From: an uncultured virus (IMG/VR IMGVR_UViG_3300025653_003319)
Taxonomy: Duplodnaviria; Heunggongvirae; Uroviricota; Caudoviricetes
IMG/VR virus record: IMGVR_UViG_3300025653_003319
DNA: 64,000 bases
Reading direction: 5' to 3' (one strand)
In this document: piece after piece, positions 31,027 to 39,681 of the stretch
How positions within the stretch are numbered: the stretch's first letter is position 1
Layout: every line of letters starts with the position of its first letter
Notes under the pieces: generated by a model
Told to the model about the DNA's origin: nothing
The model's input: the letters and a program-made list of their open reading frames with translations, nothing else
Databases searched by the model: none
Program-made: the position numbers and the translations under genes

Positions 31027-31183
31027 CATTAAACGTATTCCTTTCACTGAAAAGAGAGGAAACAAGGAAACAGTAATTCAACCTACTAACTCCAAACCAG
31101 CAGGATCTTTAACAGATGTTGTTGATGAGGTAGAAGATTGGGGAGGATTACTAGATCCAAAGGAGGAAAATAAAGATGAGTGA
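31019..31183 (+). CDS. hypothetical small protein
   Basis: 54 aa from ATG 31019, overlapping both neighbours. Confidence 0.5.
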   Translation: MPNIKRIPFTEKRGNKETVIQPTNSKPAGSLTDVVDEVEDWGGLLDPKEENKDE

Positions 31184-32171
31184 TAAACCAACAGTTGTTA
31201 TTACAGGTGGTCTTGGTTTTATTGGTGCACAGGTAAGTAAAACTTTTGCTAACAATGGATATGACGTAATTGTTATAGATTCCAATACGAGTAGGAAGTG
31301 GGCATTACCAGAAGGTGCTACTTTATTTCCACATGAATTTCAGGCTACAACTACGGCAGGCATATTAGAAATGATGAAACCACAAGCGGTTATTCATTTA
31401 GCGGCAAGCCATGTTGTTCCTGATAGTATAATTGATCCTGGCAAGTATTATAAAAATAATGTGTCAGGTACTCAAACATTACTAGATATGTGTGTTAAAG
31501 CAGGAGTTAAGAACTTTATCTTTAGCGGTTCTAGTAGTGTGTATGGTGAAAGAGAAAGCAGAGAACCATTTGCTGAGACTCTTACACCAATGCCAATGAG
31601 TCCGTATGCAATGAGTAAGTACATGACAGAACTTATGTTAGAAGATTACAGCAAAGCATACGGGTTAAATTATATCAGTACAAGATATTTTAATGCCGCT
31701 GGTGCAGACCCAGAAGGTAAAAATGGTTATACACAAGAACCAGCAACTCATGTAATGCCTATCATTATTGATAAAATTACAAATGACGAGGTATTTAATA
31801 TTTGTGGCGATGATTACGATACTAAAGACGGTACTTGCATTAGAGATTACTGTCATATACAAGACATAGCAAATGCTAAACTAAAAGCAGTAGAGCATTT
31901 AAGCAATGACGGTGAAAGTGGTATTGTAAACTTAGGCTCTGGTACAGGATTTAGTATTCATGATTTAATAATTTCAGCACAAAACGTTGTTGGAAAAAGT
32001 TTAAAATATGAAGTAGGTCCTAGAAGAGCAGGAGACCCATCGTACTTATGTGGAGATATTTCTAAAGCCAAAACATTATTAGATTGGGAACCAACATATT
32101 CATTAGATGATATGTTTGCACATTCTAAGTTTTGGGTAGACAATAAAAATAAGGTTATTAAGAATAAATGA
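31176..32171 (+). CDS. galE: UDP-glucose 4-epimerase
   Basis: TGGLGFIG, HLAA, SPYAMSK (YxxxK), RYFNAAGA, DGTCIRDYCH, NLGSGTG, RRAGDP. Confidence 0.92.
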   Translation: MSDKPTVVITGGLGFIGAQVSKTFANNGYDVIVIDSNTSRKWALPEGATLFPHEFQATTTAGILEMMKPQAVIHLAASHVVPDSIIDPGKYYKNNVSGTQTLLDMCVKAGVKNFIFSGSSSVYGERESREPFAETLTPMPMSPYAMSKYMTELMLEDYSKAYGLNYISTRYFNAAGADPEGKNGYTQEPATHVMPIIIDKITNDEVFNICGDDYDTKDGTCIRDYCHIQDIANAKLKAVEHLSNDGESGIVNLGSGTGFSIHDLIISAQNVVGKSLKYEVGPRRAGDPSYLCGDISKAKTLLDWEPTYSLDDMFAHSKFWVDNKNKVIKNK

Positions 32172-32740
32172 TAGGAAAACGTAAATCTGTAAATGTTATT
32201 AATAGAACAGGCACCCCAGTTATGGCAGTTGTGGGTGCGATCGGTAAAGGCGATGAGTTAAATTTAATTAAAAAGAAATTTCCTATAACCGACAAGGAAA
32301 TAATAGATGTTATACATTTCTTTTGCAATAACGTAGATTTTGACCAAAGTCATTTATCTGTGTTCAAAGCAGTTGAATTTGATACTGATAAAATATCAGT
32401 GCAACTTGACGAGATATCTGCAGAATTTTACTTAAGAATGTTAAACAGATATATTTTTAAATATAAGAAACTAACTGACTTTGATGATATGCTGGCAGAC
32501 GGTCTTAAAATGACATTTGGTGTTGTTTTAAAACTAAGCAATAAGTTACTTGACGAAACATATAATATATCAGGAGATAGCGATGTGTTAAATCCTGTAT
32601 TAGATGCTGGTTTCTATAAAGAACTTAAATTGTTTTTAGAGTTTACTAAGAGAAACATAGTTGAAGAAGCCGCTAAAATTAACTTAAATGATTTTGATAA
32701 AGTAGAATTTATCCTATTAGAAAATGATTTTGAAAGATAG
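32168..32740 (+). CDS. hypothetical protein with DUF433-like N-terminal HTH
   Basis: TGTPVMAVV..IGKG....IKKKFPITDKEIIDVIHF resembles DUF433. Confidence 0.5.
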   Translation: MIGKRKSVNVINRTGTPVMAVVGAIGKGDELNLIKKKFPITDKEIIDVIHFFCNNVDFDQSHLSVFKAVEFDTDKISVQLDEISAEFYLRMLNRYIFKYKKLTDFDDMLADGLKMTFGVVLKLSNKLLDETYNISGDSDVLNPVLDAGFYKELKLFLEFTKRNIVEEAAKINLNDFDKVEFILLENDFER

Positions 32741-32741
32741 G

Positions 32742-32770
32742 TTGACTTCAACCAGAAAAAGTGGTATAAT
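32742..32770 (+). promoter_or_regulatory. sigma70-type promoter, leaderless
   Basis: TTGACT-17-TATAAT with TG extension; ATG 32777 is 6 nt downstream. Confidence 0.75.
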
Positions 32771-32776
32771 AAAAGC

Positions 32777-33265
32777 ATGGAAAAACTATATTATAGTTGG
32801 GACGATTTAAACAGAGATTGTAGAATTATTGTGCGAGAAATGGCACACGAAAGTTACAAGCCTGAAGTTATTATTGGTCCCGGTAGAGGAGCATATCCGT
32901 TTGGAGTAATGATGAGTCATTACTTCGAAGTGCCATTCGAAGCATTCAGATGGCAAACAAGAGACGGAGCAATCGAAGATTCAGAGACATTAAGACACAT
33001 TTTATCTAAATACAATGATAAACGTGTTTTAGTCGTAGATGATATTAATGATACAGGAACAACACTACAAGGTATTGACAATGTTATCAGAAACTATGTA
33101 GCAGATAATAGCAACATGATGCAACATGCACATCAAGATATTATGTTTTCTACATTGTTTGATAAAGAATCTAGTAGTTTTAATAACGTTGAATTTACTG
33201 CTAATAATGTATTACCAGATCAAGAACGTTGGATAGTGTTTCCGTATGAGGAGTGGTGGAGATGA
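32777..33265 (+). CDS. type I phosphoribosyltransferase (Gpt/xanthine-guanine PRT-like)
   Basis: PRPP-binding VLVVDDINDTGTT; N-terminal YSWDD; C-terminal WIVFPYE as in Gpt. Confidence 0.88.
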   Translation: MEKLYYSWDDLNRDCRIIVREMAHESYKPEVIIGPGRGAYPFGVMMSHYFEVPFEAFRWQTRDGAIEDSETLRHILSKYNDKRVLVVDDINDTGTTLQGIDNVIRNYVADNSNMMQHAHQDIMFSTLFDKESSSFNNVEFTANNVLPDQERWIVFPYEEWWR

Positions 33266-33456
33266 GAACAGCAGAAATAGTAAACATTGATGGTACTGGT
33301 TATATAGTACATCTGTTAAAGAACGGTAATGCATTTGGTAAGATTGATGTTAGAGATAAATCAATTCACTATGCACAAGACGTAGCAGAGAATTGGGAAA
33401 ATGGAATTTTGAGGGACGACAATGAGTACATTAAAAAGCCTGAGCAATCATCTTAA
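33262..33456 (+). CDS. hypothetical protein
   Basis: Short ORF coupled to the PRTase gene (ATGA). Confidence 0.55.
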   Translation: MRTAEIVNIDGTGYIVHLLKNGNAFGKIDVRDKSIHYAQDVAENWENGILRDDNEYIKKPEQSS

Positions 33457-33622
33457 AGTCTTAGAAACAAGACACAGAGAGTTAGATAAAAAAATTGCTG
33501 ATGATTACGATCATCATATGGATGATACAGCATTAGCAAACGAAAAGATTGAAAAACTTAATCTTAAAAGAGAAATTGAAGAACTGAAGGAACAAATTAA
33601 GGAGTTAGAAGATGGCAGTTAG
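33422..33622 (+). CDS. DUF465/YdcH-like coiled-coil protein
   Basis: L..L...HRELDKKI...KIEKLNLKREI. Confidence 0.7.
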   Translation: MSTLKSLSNHLKVLETRHRELDKKIADDYDHHMDDTALANEKIEKLNLKREIEELKEQIKELEDGS

Positions 33623-34301
33623 TGATACAATTAAACAAAGGCTACAGGAAGCCGGCGATAGGTTTTGGGCAGGAGATAATATCTCAGCACATATTAAAGA
33701 AGGTGAGAAAGAACAACTGATTGACGAACTTGCAGTTAAGTTTGAAGATGTCTTGCAAGGTCTTGTTATTGATACTGAGAACGATCCTAACAGCAACGGT
33801 ACAGGCAGACGCCTTGCTAAGATGTATATCAACGAACTAATGAGTGGTAGGTATGAAACTATACCAGCCGCTACTGCTTTCCCTAATGACAGCGAAGATA
33901 GATACGAAGGCATGTTGGTTGTGCGTAGTGAACTTACAAGTATGTGTTCACATCATCACCAGATTGTTAGAGGTGTAGCATACATTGGTATTATTGCCGC
34001 AGACAAACTAATTGGATTAAGCAAGTACACAAGAATCGCACAATGGTGTGCGAGTAGAGGTACACTACAAGAAGAACTTGCTAACGACATTGTTAGAGAA
34101 ATACAAAAGGCAACTGGTGCCGATCACTTAGGTGTTTATGTACAAGCCACACACGGTTGTGTAGAGAACAGAGGTGTTAAGGCACATAGCAGTCTTACAC
34201 AAACAACTGTTCTTAAAGGTGCGTTCAAAGATGACGCAGGTACAAAGAAAGAGTTTATGGACAACATCAAATTACAACAACAATATTCTTGCGATAAGTA
34301 A
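33612..34301 (+). CDS. folE: GTP cyclohydrolase I
   Basis: T..RLAKMY, SMCSHH, LIGLSK..R, LQEEL, ATHGCVENRGV. Confidence 0.93.
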   Translation: MAVSDTIKQRLQEAGDRFWAGDNISAHIKEGEKEQLIDELAVKFEDVLQGLVIDTENDPNSNGTGRRLAKMYINELMSGRYETIPAATAFPNDSEDRYEGMLVVRSELTSMCSHHHQIVRGVAYIGIIAADKLIGLSKYTRIAQWCASRGTLQEELANDIVREIQKATGADHLGVYVQATHGCVENRGVKAHSSLTQTTVLKGAFKDDAGTKKEFMDNIKLQQQYSCDK

Positions 34302-35191
34302 TGACATTAAAGTATAGCGAAACATTTTATTCAGCACAAGGGGAAGGCCAGTATGTAGGTATCCCTAGTCTGTGGATGAGATTCTTCCTATGCAATTTAC
34401 AATGTAATGGTTTTGGTCAAAGCGATCCTACTGATCCTAGCACATATGATTTACCATATGAGAAGTTAGATATCACAGACATTACTAATGTATTTGATTT
34501 GCCTGTGTTTGAAAAAGGTTGTGACAGCAGTTATACTTGGAGCAAGAAATATAAGCATTTGATTACTGATAAGACTGTAGACGAGGCTGTAGACGAACTT
34601 ACAGCACTACTACCGCATGGTAAGTTTGTACACCCAGTTACACAACAAAACGCACACATGGTCTTTACAGGCGGCGAGCCAATGCTTAAAAACACACAGC
34701 CTGGTATGATGCAAGTTATAGAAGAATTTAAACGCAGAAACAATCAACCTATGAATGTTACTGTGGAAACAAATGGCACAAAGCCTATTACAGACGAGTT
34801 TGCTGAATACATACAACGTGAATATCCAGCATGGGCTAATGGTTCTGAATGGTACTGGAGTTTAAGTCCTAAACTGTGGAGTACTGCTGGTGAGAAGAAC
34901 AAGAAAGCAATCAAGCCAGAAGTAATAGGCAGATATGCTGAAGTAAGTCCACATGGTCAATTGAAGTATGTGGTAAATGGCACAGATGAAAGTTGGAGAG
35001 AAGTAGAAGAACACACTAAAGCATTTAGAGATGCCGGTTGCGACTTCCCTGTATGGATTATGGGAGTTGGCGGCACCTTTGAAGGCCTAGTACAAACAGA
35101 GGCAAGTATAGCCGACGAAGCCATACAACGTGGCTACAATTATACAAGCAGAGTTCACGTACACATATACGGTAACGCAATAGGAAAATAG
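34301..35191 (+). CDS. queE: 7-carboxy-7-deazaguanine synthase (radical SAM)
   Basis: SETFYSAQGEG, R...CNLQC...CDSSY, FTGGEP, VETNGT, LSPK, RVHV. Confidence 0.9.
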   Translation: MTLKYSETFYSAQGEGQYVGIPSLWMRFFLCNLQCNGFGQSDPTDPSTYDLPYEKLDITDITNVFDLPVFEKGCDSSYTWSKKYKHLITDKTVDEAVDELTALLPHGKFVHPVTQQNAHMVFTGGEPMLKNTQPGMMQVIEEFKRRNNQPMNVTVETNGTKPITDEFAEYIQREYPAWANGSEWYWSLSPKLWSTAGEKNKKAIKPEVIGRYAEVSPHGQLKYVVNGTDESWREVEEHTKAFRDAGCDFPVWIMGVGGTFEGLVQTEASIADEAIQRGYNYTSRVHVHIYGNAIGK

Positions 35192-35192
35192 A

Positions 35193-35609
35193 ATGGAAGA
35201 GTTTTTTCACAAACATATTATTAAATTTACAATTATAGTCACATTACCTTTATGGGTAGCATGGGCATTTGCAGATGACACAGTTATAGGATATACTGAG
35301 CACGGTATTCCTGTTACTAAAGATGCTTTAGAAATTAACACATTTAATTACACAAGAGTTAGAGGTTGGGAATACAATGATGAGGAAAATATACTAACTC
35401 TAAGATTTGCAAATAACAAAAAAATAGATGTAGGATTTTACAATAGATGCTGGGACATAAAGTATGCTTCGGCCTTGCAATTCAATTCATGGGTAGGAAC
35501 TACTACTACTTTTATTGGTAAGGGAGATAAAATTACACCTTTAGGCTGGACAAATAGAGGAAAATATCCTTGTACAATTAAAAGCATGTACTTGGCTGTA
35601 GAGGAATAA
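35193..35609 (+). CDS. hypothetical exported protein
   Basis: Hydrophobic N-terminus ending AFA; two Cys. Confidence 0.6.
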   Translation: MEEFFHKHIIKFTIIVTLPLWVAWAFADDTVIGYTEHGIPVTKDALEINTFNYTRVRGWEYNDEENILTLRFANNKKIDVGFYNRCWDIKYASALQFNSWVGTTTTFIGKGDKITPLGWTNRGKYPCTIKSMYLAVEE

Positions 35610-35614
35610 TATTT

Positions 35615-35758
35615 ATGTATCAGTGTTTTATTTGCAGTGAGATAGTAAACTTTTTAGATATAAAATATCATACTGCTGATAAAACTAAAATATTCTGTGG
35701 TGCTAGTTGTAGCCTAACATACCACCAACAATTAAAGGAGAAAGAAGATGGCGAATAA
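35615..35758 (+). CDS. small Cys-rich (TRASH/YHS-like) Zn-binding protein (not in ORF track)
   Basis: 47 aa MYQCFICSE...IFCGASCSL; GAGGA upstream. Confidence 0.55.
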   Translation: MYQCFICSEIVNFLDIKYHTADKTKIFCGASCSLTYHQQLKEKEDGE

Positions 35759-36155
35759 ATTTAAAGATATGATGGACCCTAAGTTATGGTTCAAGAGTGA
35801 AAAGGATAGGCGTATTGCTATTGCAAATCGTGACCTTACAGGTGGCGAGTTAGAAAAAGAACTAGCAACAATTGACGATAAACCATATGTAAACGTATTA
35901 CAAATGGATGTCGATCCAATTAATCCTAAAAAAGGCTTTGTTGAACTTGACTTTAACGAGCAATTTGTTACAATGTTACAAACAAACGGATACACTGGTA
36001 AAAGCGATGACGACATTGTAAACAGTTGGTTTAACGATTTATGCAGAACTATACTACAACAAGAAATGGCTGATATGGACTTTGGTATGGAACAAGCCGT
36101 ACCAGGTGCTGATGTTATAACAGTAAGAGACGAAGACAAAGAAGCGAAGAAATAA
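35748..36155 (+). CDS. hypothetical protein
   Basis: 135 aa, AAGGAG SD, coupled to the RNase H gene. Confidence 0.75.
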   Translation: MANKFKDMMDPKLWFKSEKDRRIAIANRDLTGGELEKELATIDDKPYVNVLQMDVDPINPKKGFVELDFNEQFVTMLQTNGYTGKSDDDIVNSWFNDLCRTILQQEMADMDFGMEQAVPGADVITVRDEDKEAKK

Positions 36156-37147
36156 TGAAATATATCTTAGTTGACACACTTAACATGTTTTTTAGAGCAA
36201 AGCATGTAACTGCTCGTACAAGCGACATTGATATGAAAGTTGGTATGGCAATGCACATTATGTTTAATAGTGTTAAGAAAGTGTGGAGAGAGTTTGACGG
36301 TGATCATGTTGTATTTTGCTTAGAAGGCAGAAGTTGGCGTAAAGACTTCTATGAGCCTTATAAGAAGAATAGAAAGGTTACTATGGATCAAAGGTCTCCT
36401 AATCAACAAGAAGAAGACGAAATATTCTTTGAAGCATACGAACACTTTATTGAATACTTAAAAACTAAAACTAATTGTACTGTATTAAGACAACCAGAAT
36501 CAGAAGCAGATGACTTAATTGCAATGTGGACACAAGAACACCCAAATGACGAACATATTATTGTTAGCACAGACAGTGACTTTTATCAACTTATAAGCAA
36601 TAACATTAGTCAGTATAATGGTGTAACAGATCAAATAGTAAAGATAGATGGCATATACGAAGCAAAGACTATGAAACGTGCTATTGATAAAAAGACACAA
36701 GAGCCTAAAGCAGTACCAGATCCTAAATGGTTACTGTTTGAAAAGTGTGTAAGAGGCGATACATCAGATAATATATTTAGTGCATTTCCAGGTGCTAGAA
36801 AGAAAGGCAGTAAGAACAAAACAGGTATGTTAGAAGCATTTGCTGATATGGATCGCGGTGGGTTTGATTACAATAACTTTATGTTACAACGATGGGTAGA
36901 TCACAATGAAGAAGAGCACAGAGTAATTGATGACTATGAACGCAATAAGATACTTATTGATCTTACACAACAACCAGATGAGATTAAAACTGCTATCAAA
37001 GAAGTATTTGTAGAATCAGCAGATAAAGAAAAAGTAGCAAACGTAGGTATTCATTTTATGAAGTTTTGTAACAAATGGAATATGCCTAAACTTACAGATG
37101 CCGCAACAGAATTTGGAGAAATACTTAACGCATGTCAGAAACAATAA
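36155..37147 (+). CDS. rnh: 5'-3' exonuclease / T4 RNase H (FEN family)
   Basis: ILVDT.N, SWRK..Y..YKKNR, EADDLIA, STDSDF.QL, GDTSDNI. Confidence 0.9.
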   Translation: MKYILVDTLNMFFRAKHVTARTSDIDMKVGMAMHIMFNSVKKVWREFDGDHVVFCLEGRSWRKDFYEPYKKNRKVTMDQRSPNQQEEDEIFFEAYEHFIEYLKTKTNCTVLRQPESEADDLIAMWTQEHPNDEHIIVSTDSDFYQLISNNISQYNGVTDQIVKIDGIYEAKTMKRAIDKKTQEPKAVPDPKWLLFEKCVRGDTSDNIFSAFPGARKKGSKNKTGMLEAFADMDRGGFDYNNFMLQRWVDHNEEEHRVIDDYERNKILIDLTQQPDEIKTAIKEVFVESADKEKVANVGIHFMKFCNKWNMPKLTDAATEFGEILNACQKQ

Positions 37148-37314
37148 GAAAGATATGGGATGCCATTAAGTACGGACCAGAAGAGAAGTTAATTACATTT
37201 GAATCACCTGATAAAGGTAAAACAGTATTCCAGTGTACTTCAACTACAAATAAAAGAACAGGACGGATAACAAGACAACGAGAGTTGATTAAAGAAGGAG
37301 AATGTGATGAATAA
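37132..37314 (+). CDS. hypothetical protein
   Basis: 60 aa; FESPDKGKTVF. Confidence 0.55.
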   Translation: MSETIRKIWDAIKYGPEEKLITFESPDKGKTVFQCTSTTNKRTGRITRQRELIKEGECDE

Positions 37315-37828
37315 GAAAGCAACAATTAAAAAGGTAGATGATGCTAGTTGGTTAGTAATAGATCAGCACCGCGGAAACGTAGGTGTATTGTATCAAAATA
37401 TACAAGGTGATTACGAATATCTCGCCAGTGATATCAAAGAAAAATTTAAAAGTGATAAAGCAGTAGAAAAATACTTTGGTGCTAGAGTGTTTCAACAGAA
37501 AACTGTTGAAAGTGCAATACAACCAGATAAGATGTTTATTGCTGGATTTGAAATACCGTTTCCATCGCCAGAACTTATATCACCTGATCACCCTGAGTAT
37601 ACTAGAGATATTCCATTATTCAGTAAAACAGCAAACAGTGATGTATTGTATGCCGCAGGTTGGTATGCTATTAACTTTGAGAAAGGTTGGAAACATGGTT
37701 ACTGTCCTAAAGCAAGTACATTATTTCAATATGGTTATGAAGGACCATTCAATACCAAAGACGAGTTAAGATTCAGACTCAAAGAACTTAATAAGATCAA
37801 ACGTAATGAAATTAAATACTCTGATTGA
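37304..37828 (+). CDS. hypothetical protein
   Basis: 174 aa, AAGGAG SD. Confidence 0.7.
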   Translation: MMNKKATIKKVDDASWLVIDQHRGNVGVLYQNIQGDYEYLASDIKEKFKSDKAVEKYFGARVFQQKTVESAIQPDKMFIAGFEIPFPSPELISPDHPEYTRDIPLFSKTANSDVLYAAGWYAINFEKGWKHGYCPKASTLFQYGYEGPFNTKDELRFRLKELNKIKRNEIKYSD

Positions 37829-37976
37829 AAATCTCAAATACTATAAGTCTATTGGAAGTACTCAAGTAACATTAGATATCAGTGATTTACTAGAAGCATT
37901 AAATGATGTATCTAAAGTAGACGAAATAAAGCCGAAGAAAAGTTTAACATTAGATGCTGACGGTGGCAAATTTTAA
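37806..37976 (+). CDS. hypothetical small protein (not in ORF track)
   Basis: 56 aa MKLNTLIENL...LDADGGKF filling the gap. Confidence 0.55.
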   Translation: MKLNTLIENLKYYKSIGSTQVTLDISDLLEALNDVSKVDEIKPKKSLTLDADGGKF

Positions 37977-38256
37977 AGGTTATACATTGACTGAGCAACA
38001 CGGAAAGTCTGGATTTGAAATAGGCCAGTACAATGCCAAGTATAAATACAATTACCAAATGCCAAGTTACGGCATTGGGCATGGACACTTGCAATGGTGC
38101 GAGAATAACATACTAAATGGTTATGGTTGGTGGTTTAAACGTACTGTACCGTATGTGACTGAACCACACAAAGACGACAGAGCCTATGTTAGTTTTAAAA
38201 CCAAAGAGGATCATGCTAAATTTGTATGGTATATGCTTAAACAAGATGAAAATTGA
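37954..38256 (+). CDS. hypothetical protein
   Basis: About 100-aa ORF; start uncertain. Confidence 0.55.
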   Translation: MLTVANFKGYTLTEQHGKSGFEIGQYNAKYKYNYQMPSYGIGHGHLQWCENNILNGYGWWFKRTVPYVTEPHKDDRAYVSFKTKEDHAKFVWYMLKQDEN

Positions 38257-38476
38257 TATTTACACAAAAACAACATGTCCTTATAGCACAATGGCTAAAC
38301 AAGTATTAGAACTTAATGGCTATGAATTCAAAGAAACAGTACTAGATGACAATGATAAACGCACACAATTTTATGAAAGTTGTGGAGAAAACGTTAATAC
38401 TGTACCACAAATATTTGTAGACGGAGAAAGAATAGGCGGTTTCCAGCATCTTCTGACATCAAATTTAATTAGTTAA
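38246..38476 (+). CDS. glutaredoxin (CPYS active site)
   Basis: IYTKTTCPYS, TVPQIFVDGERIGGF. Confidence 0.88.
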   Translation: MKIDIYTKTTCPYSTMAKQVLELNGYEFKETVLDDNDKRTQFYESCGENVNTVPQIFVDGERIGGFQHLLTSNLIS

Positions 38477-38524
38477 AGTATGTTTTAACTGTATTTTTGA
38501 TAAATAAAAGTACAGGAGACATAC

Positions 38525-38839
38525 ATGAGTAGACCAAAACCAAAAGTAATTTTAGAGCATCACGACACTACAAATTATAAAACTGAGCAGGTACTAGCGG
38601 CTGGAAATGTTTTTAGTGTGTTCTTTCAAGGTTCACCAATTAATCTAAGAACAATGCATTCTTACTTAGATTACCCTGGACCAAAGTATAAGAAAACTAG
38701 TTTTTCTAATCCTGGACATGCATTTAACTTAGCAGAAAGGCTTAATAGACAATTTAACACAGAAGAATTTTGTGTAGTTAAATTAGAAAGTGGACCTATA
38801 GTAAGTGAAGATGAAGTCAAAAATGGCAATTCAAAATAG
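38525..38839 (+). CDS. hypothetical protein
   Basis: TAAATA at 38501, AGGAG SD; MSRPKP...PGPKYKKTSFSNPGHAFNLA. Confidence 0.75.
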   Translation: MSRPKPKVILEHHDTTNYKTEQVLAAGNVFSVFFQGSPINLRTMHSYLDYPGPKYKKTSFSNPGHAFNLAERLNRQFNTEEFCVVKLESGPIVSEDEVKNGNSK

Positions 38840-39227
38840 TTTACAATATAAAATAGTAGATAAAATCAAACAAGAATTAGACATTAGTCAGTATTCTGTA
38901 CTTGACATAATGCCTTTGTTTTTTAAAAATCATAGGATTAGAGGTAATAAGGTTATTGGAGTTAGGCTTACTAAGTATGGTTTAACACTTATGGAAAAGA
39001 GTTTTACTTGCTATAACTTTAAACTAGACAACTTTAAACTGTCAAACAAAGCAGTAGTTAAACTAGATCAAACTATGCAATGGCCTTACTTTGTAGACAA
39101 TAAAAAGTTAGTGTTGTTTAGCGAAAAGGATTCTATTATACTTAAACTAAAAGGGCAGAACTTGGAGAAATGGTTACAAGGTCTCCGCAAACCAAAAAAT
39201 CTCAATATTGACGATTCTTCTGAGTAA
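38823..39227 (+). CDS. hypothetical protein
   Basis: Basic ORF, about 134 aa. Confidence 0.65.
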   Translation: MAIQNSLQYKIVDKIKQELDISQYSVLDIMPLFFKNHRIRGNKVIGVRLTKYGLTLMEKSFTCYNFKLDNFKLSNKAVVKLDQTMQWPYFVDNKKLVLFSEKDSIILKLKGQNLEKWLQGLRKPKNLNIDDSSE

Positions 39228-39277
39228 ATATTAATGTACAATAACGTACAAACACACTGACACACAAGGAGAAAATT

Positions 39278-39490
39278 ATGTCAAATAGTAAAAGTGGGTT
39301 CGAACTACGAACCGATATTCTAGGTATGGCGATGGGACTGTTAGAAAATAACAGAGAACAAGTCACCAATTCCTTTCATGCAATGAGCGATAACGATAGA
39401 CAAGGCAAAACAGCACCTATCATCGATATCTCACCTGAGGAAGTAATCAATACTGCCAAAGACCTTTACGCATTCGTTAACGAAAAGTAA
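39278..39490 (+). CDS. hypothetical protein
   Basis: 70 aa, AAGGAG SD, TAAATA at 39225. Confidence 0.7.
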   Translation: MSNSKSGFELRTDILGMAMGLLENNREQVTNSFHAMSDNDRQGKTAPIIDISPEEVINTAKDLYAFVNEK

Positions 39491-39507
39491 GTACAGGTTC
39501 TGTATAG

Positions 39508-39537
39508 AAAAAAAAGGGTCCACGAGGACCCTTTTTT
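39508..39537. terminator. bidirectional intrinsic terminator
   Basis: A8-GGGTCC-ACGA-GGACCC-T6 between convergent ORFs. Confidence 0.88.
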
Positions 39538-39549
39538 AGTGACTCGAAT

Positions 39550-39681
39550 TTAATAAACTTGATGTAATATGTTTTCCATAGTACCAGTTTTCATTAATGA
39601 GTCGAATTTTTTAAAGTAGTCAGATGCCGTGCCAATCGTTTGATTAGTGAACCTGGCTACTATTCCTAATGGATTCGCCAT
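39550..39681 (-). CDS. small protein (43 aa, not in ORF track)
   Basis: MANPLGIVARFTNQTIGTASDYFKKFDSLMKTGTMENILHQVY; AAGGAG SD; TAAATA upstream at 39792-39797 (-); ends at the bidirectional terminator. Confidence 0.65.
   Translation of the reverse strand: MANPLGIVARFTNQTIGTASDYFKKFDSLMKTGTMENILHQVY

Noticed and set aside
35732..36139. 135-aa minus-strand ORF
   Set aside because: Mirror of the + strand gene, which has an SD and translational coupling.
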